From: a virus
DNA length: 64,000 bases
Strand: one strand, 5' to 3'
Virus record (IMG/VR): IMGVR_UViG_3300028837_000518
Coordinates: 45,320 to 109,319 of that record
Below, piece after piece: positions 17,455 to 27,570 of the stretch (position 1 is its first letter; each line of letters begins with the position of its first letter). A program made the position numbers and the translations under genes. The notes below the pieces were generated by a model. It saw only the letters and a program-made list of their open reading frames with translations. It made no database searches and was not told the origin of the DNA.

Positions 17455-18045
17455 GTGAAGGTTACGCTTCTTCATATTACTGCAAATGCTACAGAGTTAA
17501 TTGAGGATGCCGGACGAACAGCATGGGCATCATCCGGCCGAAAATCCGAGGGAAGTGATAGTGTCTTTATAGGAAGGCTGATACATCTGGGGCATCTTAG
17601 TGTTTTGGAACATGCAACAGCCACGTTTAGAATTGAGGATATCTCACGAGCATGTTCGCATCAAGTCGTCCGTCATAGACTTTGTTCATGCACTCAGCGT
17701 TCACAACGATATGTTAACGAGCAGTCATTTGAATATGTTATGCCCGCGAGTATAGCATCTCATCTGACGGCCTGTACTAGTTTTACACGGGCAATGAATT
17801 ATGCGAGGATGATGTATCGCGAACTACGTCGTATGGGGATTCCCAAGGAGGACGCTCGATTTGTTTTACCAAATGCAACACGTACTGAGATTGTAATAAC
17901 TGCCAACCTTCGACAGTGGCGACACATGATTGAGCTACGAACCAGCAAACACGCACAGTGGGAGATTAGAGAAGTTATGATGGCAGTGTTGCGGATACTA
18001 AAAGATGAAGTTCCTGCTGTCTTTCTTGACTTTGGAATAGTGTAG
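17455..18045 (+). CDS. thyX: FAD-dependent thymidylate synthase
   Basis: 'HLSVLEH', 'SRACSHQVVRHR', 'SQRYV', 'ARFVLP', 'HAQWEIR'. Confidence 0.95.
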   Translation: MKVTLLHITANATELIEDAGRTAWASSGRKSEGSDSVFIGRLIHLGHLSVLEHATATFRIEDISRACSHQVVRHRLCSCTQRSQRYVNEQSFEYVMPASIASHLTACTSFTRAMNYARMMYRELRRMGIPKEDARFVLPNATRTEIVITANLRQWRHMIELRTSKHAQWEIREVMMAVLRILKDEVPAVFLDFGIV

Positions 18046-19232
18046 CCATCGCGGGAGGATTTCTACCAAAATGACAACAGTAATAACACGCAGAGAGCTT
18101 GAAGTGATAATGGCAGAATCAGATTCATACTCTATTGGGGAACGCGCTACTTGGATGGAATCTCTCATTCATACAGTATCAGTACTGTATGAACAGCTGA
18201 AAAAACTAGAGTGGTCTAGCCAGACAGGTTTCATATATTTTTGCCCTGTATGCAACCGCTTACCTTCCTCTGGACACAGTAAACATTGCGGACTAGGAAA
18301 GCTGCTGGCGTGAATGGGTAGAACATTAAATACCTTTAAGGAATACCTGCAGTGCTGTCGTTGCGAGGAACGTGCAGGGGCGCACGCCAGAGCTTTGCGC
18401 GAGAACTCTTGGCGGACTGACCGAGCAGTAGAGTGGGTGTGCTATACAATACGAATACCACATCTCATCTCTATATGGGCAGAGAACGAATTGGATGCTC
18501 GTTATAGAGTTTTGCAACAGCTAATGGATGATGGCCGGTGGTGGGCATACTGGGTCTGTACGCGAAAAGGATATGGAGTGAGTAGAGTGGGTTGTCCTAA
18601 AGACAACATATGGCTACCTATAGATTGGTGTTATGTTTTTAGATCGGAGTAAAAAATAACGCGACTTCGCACAGCAGCACGGTTGATGCGTGAACTGAAT
18701 AATAATAGTCATGGTGATACGTGGGAATGGGGCTATGCGCCAGTACCTTATTCACCTGTTCATTACATAGAACATTGTAACCGTGATGGTATTTTCCTGG
18801 AAGTCTTTGAGTCGCCAGAGGAACATCCTGCGAAGTGTATAATGGATGCGTGGCAGAGTGTATTTGGTGGAAGAGCATGACAGATCATCTTGTTGAGTTC
18901 CGTTGTACAGCTTGTGGCCGCATTCAGGAAGGGTATAATAATCTTCGTCTATGCCTCTATTGCAGCGGTGGTATACTTGTGCGCTGGCCATTATCAAAAG
19001 ATACTTTGATACAGTGGTTTGGCGGTATAGCCATGATACGAAGTTGGTTAAGAGAAGCTGCCGGCGAAGAGTTAGTAAGACGAAGTTTAAGAGACCGCAT
19101 TACTGATATATTCCGACCATGGTTCATACGACAGCAAGGCCAGGTACTTTTCCCTAAGTGTGAACTGGATAATATTGTAAGTGACATCTTAATAATTATA
19201 GGGAGTGAAAATAACTAAAGGGAGAATGTCAA

Positions 19233-19901
19233 ATGAAATACCATAAGATAAAGACAGTGTATAAGCGAAACCCAGATGACAAGTACCGCACTCTTATCGA
19301 GGGCGTATATAGTACGGAGACGCTAGAGTATTTGGCCGACAACAGATGGGAATGGACAGAGAAAGTTGATGGAACAAACATTCGAGTAGTGTGGGATGGA
19401 AAACTGGCGCGGTTTGCGGGACGAACAGATAAGGCGCAATTATACGCACCTCTCGTTAGTCGTTTACAGGATTTGTTTACAGCAGAGAAGTTAGGTATAT
19501 TCGGTGCTGGCGATATACCTGCTGTCTTTCATCTCTTTGGCGAGGGATATGGGGCTAGAATACAGAATGGTGGCGGTAATTACATTCCAGATGGCGTGGA
19601 CTTTATACTCTTCGACGTGCTAGTTACACCTAGTCCAGGTGTACCGGGCACTGTCCTCTGGTTAAGTCGCTTTAACATTGAGAATATAGCAGAGAAGCTG
19701 GGCATTCAAGCTGTTCCTATAGTGGGGCGCGGCACACTATCAGAGGCTATAAATCTTGCACGAACAGGGTTTGAATCACTTATTGCAGCCACATCAACCA
19801 TAGCTGAAGGATTAGTAATGCGTCCAGCCGTAGAGTTAATTGATCGTCGCGGAGACAGGGTTATGTGCAAGATTAAGCACAAGGACTTTCCTGTGGAATG
19901 A
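19233..19901 (+). CDS. ATP-dependent RNA ligase (Rnl2-like nucleotidyltransferase domain)
   Basis: Motif I 'EKVDGTN', 'FGEGYG', 'FILFDV', 'EGLVMRP', 'KIKHKDF'. Confidence 0.85.
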   Translation: MKYHKIKTVYKRNPDDKYRTLIEGVYSTETLEYLADNRWEWTEKVDGTNIRVVWDGKLARFAGRTDKAQLYAPLVSRLQDLFTAEKLGIFGAGDIPAVFHLFGEGYGARIQNGGGNYIPDGVDFILFDVLVTPSPGVPGTVLWLSRFNIENIAEKLGIQAVPIVGRGTLSEAINLARTGFESLIAATSTIAEGLVMRPAVELIDRRGDRVMCKIKHKDFPVE

Positions 19902-20671
19902 GCACAAGTCATAGAAACATTTTCTGCGAGGATTGCCTAGAGACTATGGAGCGACTAAGTGATGGTGAAGTTAATTGCATTGTTACTAGCCCTCCGTACT
20001 GGAACACTAAGCCCTATTCACATTGGCCAACTTATGCAGAGTACATGCAAGACGTAAGTTTATGGCTAAGTGGTTTGTTTCGTGTCCTTGAGCCTGGCCG
20101 TCACTGCTTCTGGGTTATCCCCGACAAACTACCCTATCCGCCTAAGGTGAGTGGGGTGAAGGAGCGACTATATCTTTCCATCTATGCTGACACTGAACGT
20201 ACTGCGGCTGAGGCTGGGTTCGTTTGCAAGTATCCTATTGTGTGGAAGAAGCCGCACGGAACACAAAAAATGTTCGGGTCATATCCTTTCCCACCTACCG
20301 TAATCCATACTCCTATGACTGAGCGAATCTGTATATGGAGAAAACCAGGAAAGTATATTAGAAGGTCAGGGGAAGTCAAGGAATCAAGCCGTTTTACCAA
20401 GGAACAATGGGTAGCTTGGGCACAGGATGTATGGGAAATAAGGCCGACAAGTCGAAAAGATCATCCCGCTCCCTTTCCCGAGGAACTAGTGGTAAGGATT
20501 CTCACCCTATGGTCTTTTAGAGGAGATTTAATTTATGATCCCTTTATTGGTTCTGGTACTACTGCTGTAGTGGCAACTAGAATGGGTCGCAAGTTTATCG
20601 GCAGTGATATTCACCAAGAGTATATTGACGCGGCGAAGAATAGGTTGACTTTTACACCTAACATGGTATAG
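19898..20671 (+). CDS. DNA methyltransferase, N4-cytosine/N6 type (beta class)
   Basis: 'VTSPPY' then 'HPAPFP...DPFIGSGTT'. Confidence 0.92.
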   Translation: MSTSHRNIFCEDCLETMERLSDGEVNCIVTSPPYWNTKPYSHWPTYAEYMQDVSLWLSGLFRVLEPGRHCFWVIPDKLPYPPKVSGVKERLYLSIYADTERTAAEAGFVCKYPIVWKKPHGTQKMFGSYPFPPTVIHTPMTERICIWRKPGKYIRRSGEVKESSRFTKEQWVAWAQDVWEIRPTSRKDHPAPFPEELVVRILTLWSFRGDLIYDPFIGSGTTAVVATRMGRKFIGSDIHQEYIDAAKNRLTFTPNMV

Positions 20672-20677
20672 AGAAAT

Positions 20678-21070
20678 ATGACTGACACAGAATATATCAA
20701 GCGCATGAAAGAGTGTGCTATTCGGGCATACATGAAGTCATGCAATATGCTTCTCGCCCAAGACCCAACGGGCGAAACTTTCTTGGCGAAACGCAGTAGG
20801 CTTTACAGACGAGAGCAAAACGCAATCAAACGGGGGGTTATGCCCTTTGTGGAATTGCAAGACAGTCGCACAAAGAGATGGAAAGTTTATTCTGTACTAG
20901 GAATGGATGCGACTATAGGTGTAGAAGCTCGCAAGAATCGGTGTGGGTACAATGATTGGGACGTTCGGCTTGCGGAAAAGCGGTTAGCTACAGGTTTTTC
21001 GGAAGGCCATTGGACGGGTGTAGCCGATGCCTTGATTGCCTACTGGAAATTTGTGTCCGACAACGCGTGA
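20678..21070 (+). CDS. Hypothetical protein
   Basis: Intact ORF in gene run. Confidence 0.55.
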   Translation: MTDTEYIKRMKECAIRAYMKSCNMLLAQDPTGETFLAKRSRLYRREQNAIKRGVMPFVELQDSRTKRWKVYSVLGMDATIGVEARKNRCGYNDWDVRLAEKRLATGFSEGHWTGVADALIAYWKFVSDNA

Positions 21071-21087
21071 AAGGTTGTCTTGTAACT

Positions 21088-21423
21088 ATGACTAATGATT
21101 GGACTAAAACAGAGTTAGAGAGATTAGTTGATATAGCAATACACAAGCTACATGTATGGATGAACCTACCTGCACAACATACATACAAAACACCTATATC
21201 AATGATACACGGTATCGCCGCAACTGTAGCGCCTAAAGATGCCACAAAGATTCTACGCCTACTAACCAACAACATACAGTTGGTGTTTAAAGATACTGAA
21301 TCATACGTACAGGGCAAATACTCTACAATATATACAATGGGAACTGCTCTACTTCGAGAACATATCTTTGAACTACTTTGGGCAGAGTACTTAAAGATAA
21401 GGGGGACAGAAATAATTGGCTAA
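21088..21423 (+). CDS. Hypothetical helical protein, paralog 1 of 3
   Basis: 'LVDIAIHKLHVWMNLP...LREHIFELLWAEY'. Confidence 0.65.
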   Translation: MTNDWTKTELERLVDIAIHKLHVWMNLPAQHTYKTPISMIHGIAATVAPKDATKILRLLTNNIQLVFKDTESYVQGKYSTIYTMGTALLREHIFELLWAEYLKIRGTEIIG

Positions 21424-21728
21424 TGCTAGATAAACTAATTGCTAACGCAAAAGAATCTCTGCATTTATGGATGAACAAACCGTTCGTAGAGCAAAGTAGG
21501 GATAACGCACGTCATAGCGCGATACGTCAGATTGCTATAGCAGCGGTAGGAAACAGTGATGTTCTGCATATTGTACTTAATAACCCGCACTTAGCAACAC
21601 GCAGTGCAGCAGAATACATACAACAATCAAGAATGCCAACAGTGTATAATCTAAGTCTTGTGGTGCTTCAAGAGTATATAGAACATTTACTTATGCAGGA
21701 GTATCGAATGAGTGGAGGAATACAATGA
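21423..21728 (+). CDS. Hypothetical helical protein, paralog 2 of 3
   Basis: 'LIANAKESLHLWMNKP...LQEYIEHLLMQEY'. Confidence 0.65.
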   Translation: MLDKLIANAKESLHLWMNKPFVEQSRDNARHSAIRQIAIAAVGNSDVLHIVLNNPHLATRSAAEYIQQSRMPTVYNLSLVVLQEYIEHLLMQEYRMSGGIQ

Positions 21729-21897
21729 CAATGCAAGAAAATCTTGATAATCTTTCCTACCTATTGGATGATATTTGGGACTCTGCCAAAGAGGCGCCTT
21801 CCAGTGCCCTAGAAGATACTCTGGATACCCTTAGTAATATCGTTGTTGATGCTGACCGAGCACGACGCATTCTCGTGCAGGTTCGTGAGGAAATGTC

Positions 21898-22209
21898 ATG
21901 AGTGAGAGCCTATCAGTTCTAATTGACGGTGCAAAGGCCGACCTACATACGTGGATGACACTACCCGCGCGATATACTCGTGGCTCCATTCCCTCGCAAG
22001 TAATACACGACATTGCTTGCGCCATAGTGCCGGAGGACAATGACAGGGTTCTACGAATGTTTCTTGGTAATATAGGACTGGCTTCTGAGTCTATACCATG
22101 CGCAGGCGATCCTTCAGTGCATGAGTTAGCAAAATTCGTACTTCAGCACTACATTGAGAAAATACTTTGGACAGAGTACGTAGACGTGGGTTCAGGAGGA
22201 ACACCATGA
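21898..22209 (+). CDS. Hypothetical helical protein, paralog 3 of 3
   Basis: 'LIDGAKADLHTWMTLP...LQHYIEKILWTEY'. Confidence 0.65.
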   Translation: MSESLSVLIDGAKADLHTWMTLPARYTRGSIPSQVIHDIACAIVPEDNDRVLRMFLGNIGLASESIPCAGDPSVHELAKFVLQHYIEKILWTEYVDVGSGGTP

Positions 22210-22679
22210 CCACTCTTCTTTTAGCCGCAGTCATCGCACTTGGTTTGGGGGCTATCGTTCTTGGAATTCGCCTATTGCAAATATCAGGGAGGAATAGAAC
22301 ATGACTGACGCATTCATGGACGCTCCGAATTGGGCACAGTGGATTATAGTGGCTTTTGGGCTAATCGGCACTCTAGTTTCAGCTATCCCTGCGGATGGGT
22401 GGGAGTGGTGCATACTGCGGAATGCGACGGCTTTTGCATTGTTTGCTTTTGGTGCCTTACTTTTTTACAACATTTACTTGAGCTAGGTGGAGGGTATGAT
22501 GGAAGATATAGGTGTGGCGTATTTAGCAGCGGTGATGTTTGCGGGGGTGGTTGCTAGTATAGCAATAATGGTCGATGAAAGACGTGGCACTTTCTCTAGG
22601 TTTTTTGCTATCCTAACAACAATTGCTTGTTACGCGGGAATGTTCCGTTATCTACGCCAGTTCTTCAAGGGAGGGTGAG

Positions 22680-24239
22680 ATGAAGGTAGGGATAACCAAT
22701 TTTGTTAAACTTGGCGCGCTAGTACGCGATGGTGTTACAGACTGGTTAGAGTACGGGAATGTGCGTGCCGTGTACCACGAGGGACTAGTTCTGTTTAACT
22801 ATACAGCAAAAGCACAGTTCCAGAATCGCTGGAACTGGTTTGAGCGTGTGAGTCGCGGGCTAATTTTAGACGCAACCACTGGCAAGGTTATAGCTCGCCC
22901 CTTCGACAAGTTCTGGAACTGGGGTGCATTCGGGCGGACGACTGACGCGGACTTGATTGAGGTAACAGAGAAGCTAGATGGGTGTTTTACTGGCTATACA
23001 AAACTAAATCTATGGGGTGGTGGTACAATTCCTATTAGGGAAGTAGTAAAAAAGCAACTAGCAGTAACACTTATAGGGATAAATAAGAGTGGGCAAGTTG
23101 TTCCTGCAAAAGTTGTTGACTGGTTCAACAACGGTACAAAAACTGAGTGGCTTTTACTGACGGTAGATTGTGATGTCTCTAAGCTATCAGGAACTCGGAC
23201 AGGGAACCATATTGTTGTTACACCTAATCACCATATACTCCTAAACGGACGATACCAACCAGTAGTTAATGCAAGACCAGGTGATTATGTTTTAAACTAT
23301 GGATGGTGGCCAGATGATCGTCAGCAAGGCAAACTTATACGGCGAGTAAAAGAGGTGAAAGTTCTTGACATACAGCATCTTAAACATGATGGTTCACACT
23401 CACACTTTTCCGCTGGGCGTGTTGGTTTCGATGTAGAGACAACGACGGGAAATTATTTTGCTAAGGGTGTCTTAGTACATAATTCGCTTGGCATTATGTA
23501 CTGGCATGAAGGCAAGTACAAGATTGCCACACGCGGATCATTCACAAGCGAACAGGCGTTGTGGGCGACAGAGTATTTGAATACGAACTATGATCTTAGT
23601 ACTTGTGATTTTCCTGGCACATTGCTTTTTGAGATAATCTACCCAGAAAATCGTGTCGTGGTGGATTATGGTAGGCAGCATGAAGACTTGGTGTTAATCG
23701 GAATACGGCTGCGTGAATCAGATTATGATGCCCTTTATCCTCATTTGGAATATTTTGCTCAGAAATACGGATTTACTTTGCCTCAGACCTATGAATTCTC
23801 TGACATAGCCAGCATTCTCGCCGCCCGCGAAGAGATTGTAGGCACTGAGCAAGAGGGCTGGGCACTACGGTTTGCTGATGGGCAACGATTTAAAGTGAAG
23901 GGAACGTCCTACCTAACACTACATCGTTTGGTTAGTCGTGCAACATATCCTGCTGTAGTTAAGGCTATGATGCGAGGCGAGTTGGACGAAACATTGCAAG
24001 ATTTGCCCAGCGAGCTATCGGGCGAGATCGTAGAATGGCGGGACATAACTAATGAGAGAGTGGCGCACATAAAACGGTGCGTTGAGCTGAACTTTGCCAT
24101 TGCGCCACAGGGAAGTCGGAAAGAGTTTGCTATATGGGCTAATACGGTTTTCCCAAGTCTCGCTCCATATCTATTCAGGCGGCTAGATGGGTGCGACTAT
24201 ACACAGTTGATCTATAAGAATATTCTAAAGGAGTGCTAG
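22680..24239 (+). CDS. T4 Rnl1-like RNA ligase containing a mini-intein
   Basis: 'LFNYT', 'RGLI...ARPFDKFWN', motif I 'EKLDG|S', 'ATRGSF.SEQA', 'LFEIIYPENRVVVDY', 'EGW...RFKVKG..Y'. Confidence 0.9.
   Translation: MKVGITNFVKLGALVRDGVTDWLEYGNVRAVYHEGLVLFNYTAKAQFQNRWNWFERVSRGLILDATTGKVIARPFDKFWNWGAFGRTTDADLIEVTEKLDGCFTGYTKLNLWGGGTIPIREVVKKQLAVTLIGINKSGQVVPAKVVDWFNNGTKTEWLLLTVDCDVSKLSGTRTGNHIVVTPNHHILLNGRYQPVVNARPGDYVLNYGWWPDDRQQGKLIRRVKEVKVLDIQHLKHDGSHSHFSAGRVGFDVETTTGNYFAKGVLVHNSLGIMYWHEGKYKIATRGSFTSEQALWATEYLNTNYDLSTCDFPGTLLFEIIYPENRVVVDYGRQHEDLVLIGIRLRESDYDALYPHLEYFAQKYGFTLPQTYEFSDIASILAAREEIVGTEQEGWALRFADGQRFKVKGTSYLTLHRLVSRATYPAVVKAMMRGELDETLQDLPSELSGEIVEWRDITNERVAHIKRCVELNFAIAPQGSRKEFAIWANTVFPSLAPYLFRRLDGCDYTQLIYKNILKEC
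22983..23483 (+). mobile_element. Mini-intein (167 aa, no homing endonuclease) in RNA ligase motif I
   Basis: 'CFTGYT' start, 'VTPNH' block B, 'LVHN|S' end. Confidence 0.9.
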
Positions 24240-24244
24240 ACTGC

Positions 24245-24715
24245 ATGGAACACTCAGATTTAGCTGCAAGCCTTCACGTACTTCATCCTAGCCCCGAGTG
24301 GGTATTTGTAACAGAAGTGCGGGTTAGGGCAGGATGGGCTGACTATAGCGAGCGCAATCAGGCTAATGCCGAGCGAATAATAGATGCGTTTGCCATGAAT
24401 ACTTGGCCATCGCGTGGTCACTTGCGCATTGCCTATGAAGTGAAAACATCTCGTTCGGACTGGCTTAGAGAACTTCGCGACCAAATGAAGAGTGTGCCGG
24501 CATACTATCTCAGTCACCGTTTCTACTACGTACTAGCCGAGGGGGTATGGCGTCCCCAAGATAGGTCAAATCCCGCACTACGAAGCGCAGGAATTATTCT
24601 GGTAAGGCAGGGTAATTTTGAGAGGTTAAGAATTGCTACTAAACGAGTAGCCTGGCCAATGCCCGAGGGGTTTGTCGCCATGCTACTAAGGCGAATGCAG
24701 GACGTGTCAACATGA
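24245..24715 (+). CDS. PD-(D/E)XK nuclease-like (MmcB-like) protein
   Basis: 'IDAFAMN.WPS...AYEVKTSRSDWLREL'. Confidence 0.7.
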   Translation: MEHSDLAASLHVLHPSPEWVFVTEVRVRAGWADYSERNQANAERIIDAFAMNTWPSRGHLRIAYEVKTSRSDWLRELRDQMKSVPAYYLSHRFYYVLAEGVWRPQDRSNPALRSAGIILVRQGNFERLRIATKRVAWPMPEGFVAMLLRRMQDVST

Positions 24716-24889
24716 ACCTTACTACATTAGGACGACTACTTAGAGCCTCACCTGGATTGCTTGTCGGGTTGGCCGGCGATATTATAGTCGGTGTGGGCTG
24801 GTGGCTGTTAGATATAGGCGGAGCATTGTTACGCTGGAGTTGGAAGCAGTACGATCAGTTATCCTGGAAGCAATAAGTGGAGGTTTGCA

Positions 24890-25381
24890 ATGATGTTGGT
24901 TTACCTTGTTGGTCCAATTAGTGGTATGACGTGGGAGGAGTCAACAACTTAGCGACGTTATGTTGAACACGCACTTAGCATAAGTAATATTGGTGTCCTC
25001 GACCCACTGCGCGGTAAACAATTTCTAGAGAAGCGAACAACTAATGGTGTTATCACGGGCACTTATGAAGATGACGCCATTACAACAGCACAGGGTATTG
25101 CCGGGCGAGACATTAACGATGTACGGCGTTGCGACGCAGTGCTTGCTAACTTTCTAGGCGCACGCAAAGCCAGTCAGTTCTCGCTTATAGAAATAGGTAT
25201 AGCATTCGAGTGCCGGAAGCCCATTATAATTGTAGTAGATAAAACAGGCAATCCGCACAACCACTCATTAATAGAGGAACGCATTGCCACTTATACAACC
25301 GATAACCTCGATGAGGCTATAGATTTGACAAAACATCTTCTCGCGCCTATTCCAACGACCACCCTCACTATTATGGGTTAA
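24890..25381 (+). pseudogene. Nucleoside 2-deoxyribosyltransferase-like gene with in-frame TAG (24950-24952)
   Basis: 'VYLVGPISG...STT*RRY...LDPLRGK...RDINDVRRCDAVL...EIGIA'; the TAG sits where the family has W of 'WR'. Confidence 0.75.
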
Positions 25382-25392
25382 TATGGAGTTCA

Positions 25393-26073
25393 ATGCTAAC
25401 ACTAGGACCTTACACCTTGGGACCTAATGACACACCCGAGAACGGGGTGTATGTAGGTGATGCACGGGAGTTAGCGCGTGCTATTCCTGACGAGTCAGTA
25501 GACCTAATTTTCACAGACCCACCATGGGATAACAATAGCGTAGTTTTATATGATGACTTAGCACAAATGGCTATACGTATTCTCAAGCCTGGTAGTCTCG
25601 TCTTTGCATATACAGGAAATGACTGGCTGCCTCGCATAATGCAGGCCATGAGTAATGCTGGCCTATCTTGGCTTCGTATGTTTGCAGGCATACAACTTGC
25701 TAGCAATAATAGATATTTTCGCAAGCGTTTGTTTGTAAAGTGGCGACCAATTGTAGTCTATGTTAAAGGTGAATATAATCCCAAGAGTTGGCTCCCTGAT
25801 GCTCTGCCAACTAACCGTGATAAACGGTATCATCCCCGGGGCCAAGGTGCAAAGCCTGTCCTTCGATGGATTCAGAATGCAAGTCCACCAAACGCTATCG
25901 TATTAGACCCGTTTGTAGGTGGTGGAACATTTATCGCCGTGTGTAAAATGCTTAGTCGGCGTTTTCTAGCTTTTGATATTGACTCAAGCGCGGCAGACAT
26001 AGCTCGTCAGCACGTGCGCGATACTCAACCACCACTATTTGTACTGAAGCCAAAGCAGGGGGACTTACTGTGA
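25393..26073 (+). CDS. DNA methyltransferase (beta class, DPPW)
   Basis: 'LIFTDPPW', 'LDPFVGGGT'. Confidence 0.85.
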   Translation: MLTLGPYTLGPNDTPENGVYVGDARELARAIPDESVDLIFTDPPWDNNSVVLYDDLAQMAIRILKPGSLVFAYTGNDWLPRIMQAMSNAGLSWLRMFAGIQLASNNRYFRKRLFVKWRPIVVYVKGEYNPKSWLPDALPTNRDKRYHPRGQGAKPVLRWIQNASPPNAIVLDPFVGGGTFIAVCKMLSRRFLAFDIDSSAADIARQHVRDTQPPLFVLKPKQGDLL

Positions 26074-26750
26074 GTATTGGACCGTATCAACTCGGCCCAA
26101 ACAATACAGCTGAGAATGGAATATATACGGGAGATGCACGCGATCTTGCACGTGCTATCCCTGATGAGTCGGTGGACCTCATCTTTACCGACCCCGTGTA
26201 TCAAAACATTGATGATTACCGGTGGTTGACAGAGATGGGGGCGAGAGTGTTAGTGGATGGTGGAAGTTGTATTGCGCAAATTGGACCAGAGTATATGCCA
26301 GAGGTTCTGGCTGCAATGACACCCGCACTAGATTGGGTTTGGGAGTTAATGGAATGGTATGGCTCTGGCGCGGGCAAAATCTGGTACAAACGTATCTTTT
26401 TAGCTCATAAGCCGTGGCTTTGGTTTAGTAAGGGGCCACGAGCGGGCAAGTGGGTTAGAACTGGTGGGCAATCAGTAAGAGACAAAAACCACCATCGGTG
26501 GGGAGACAGTGCGGGATTTATGCTCCCCTATATTCGTGCCCTATGTCCCCAAGATGGGGTTACCCTCGACCCATTCACCGGAGGCGGTACTGTTCCCGCC
26601 GCCTGTAAAATGCTGAATCGCTGTTACTTGGCTTTTGAGATTGAACCAGATACGGCAGATGATGCACGTCAGCGTATACGTGAAACTCAACCACCGCTGC
26701 CACTAGAGATACCGACACAAGGAAAGCCACTAAATGAGTGTCTACGTTGA
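26070..26750 (+). CDS. DNA methyltransferase (beta class, variant DPVY)
   Basis: 'LIFTDPVY', 'LDPFTGGGT'; N- and C-termini near-identical to 25393..26073. Confidence 0.82.
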   Translation: MSIGPYQLGPNNTAENGIYTGDARDLARAIPDESVDLIFTDPVYQNIDDYRWLTEMGARVLVDGGSCIAQIGPEYMPEVLAAMTPALDWVWELMEWYGSGAGKIWYKRIFLAHKPWLWFSKGPRAGKWVRTGGQSVRDKNHHRWGDSAGFMLPYIRALCPQDGVTLDPFTGGGTVPAACKMLNRCYLAFEIEPDTADDARQRIRETQPPLPLEIPTQGKPLNECLR

Positions 26751-27003
26751 TGAGCTAAGAACTTATATCATTCACCAGCGACATGGCCCGCAGTGGTGTC
26801 ATTTACTAGCTGACAGTGTAGCAGAATTACACGTCTTTGCAACTCGTCTTGGTCTAAAACGTCACTGGTTCCAAGACGGGCGCTGGCCTCATTATGACCT
26901 AACAGTAAATAAGCGTGCACTGGCTATTCAATTAGGGGCTAAAGAGATACATAGTCGAGACTGGATAACAGCTCATAGTGAAGAATTACCGGGGAGGAGT
27001 TAG
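26734..27003 (+). CDS. DUF4031 family protein
   Basis: 'MSVYVD...WCHLLAD...ELH.FA..LGLKR.WFQ...HYDLT..KR..A...GA'. Confidence 0.85.
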   Translation: MSVYVDELRTYIIHQRHGPQWCHLLADSVAELHVFATRLGLKRHWFQDGRWPHYDLTVNKRALAIQLGAKEIHSRDWITAHSEELPGRS

Positions 27004-27102
27004 CGACAATGCTAAATAGCAGGGAATAATGAAACTTAACGAGCACAGTGGTAGATTGTATTGGCGCTGTCCACGATGCGGTAATCGGTATACTCTGTCT
27101 AT

Positions 27103-27570
27103 GTGCTTGCAACGCGAGCCGAAGAACCCGTGAGACTAGAATTACAGCCTATCTCATACCCAGAAGCTTGCGCATTCATCAAAGAGCATCATAGCCATCA
27201 CCTGCCACCGCAGGGATGGAAGTTCGGAATCGCTGTCAATGATGGTGAGAAAATCGTCGGCGTTGTAACGGTGGGGCGTCCAGTGGCGCGACACCATGAT
27301 GATGGGTGGACGCTTGAAGTCACTCGTTGTTGTACGGATGGAACTAAAAACGCAGCAAGTAAACTCTACGCGGCGGCGAGTCGTGCGTGTCATGCACTAG
27401 GCTATAAGCGTCTCATTACTTATACACTTCTAGAGGAGCCGGGAACATGTCTTCGTGTGGCAGGATGGAAGGTCATTAGTATCTCGCATGGTGGCACGTG
27501 GAACCGAAAGGCCAGACCTAGGATAGATAAGCACCAAACTGGTCAGAAACGGCTTTGGGAGGGGCCATGA
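27103..27570 (+). CDS. XF1762-family (GNAT-like) protein
   Basis: 'HHSHH.PP.G.KF', 'GRPVAR..DDG.TLEVTR..TDGT.NA.S.LY', 'ITYTL..E.G..L..AGW'. Confidence 0.8.
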   Translation: MLATRAEEPVRLELQPISYPEACAFIKEHHSHHLPPQGWKFGIAVNDGEKIVGVVTVGRPVARHHDDGWTLEVTRCCTDGTKNAASKLYAAASRACHALGYKRLITYTLLEEPGTCLRVAGWKVISISHGGTWNRKARPRIDKHQTGQKRLWEGP

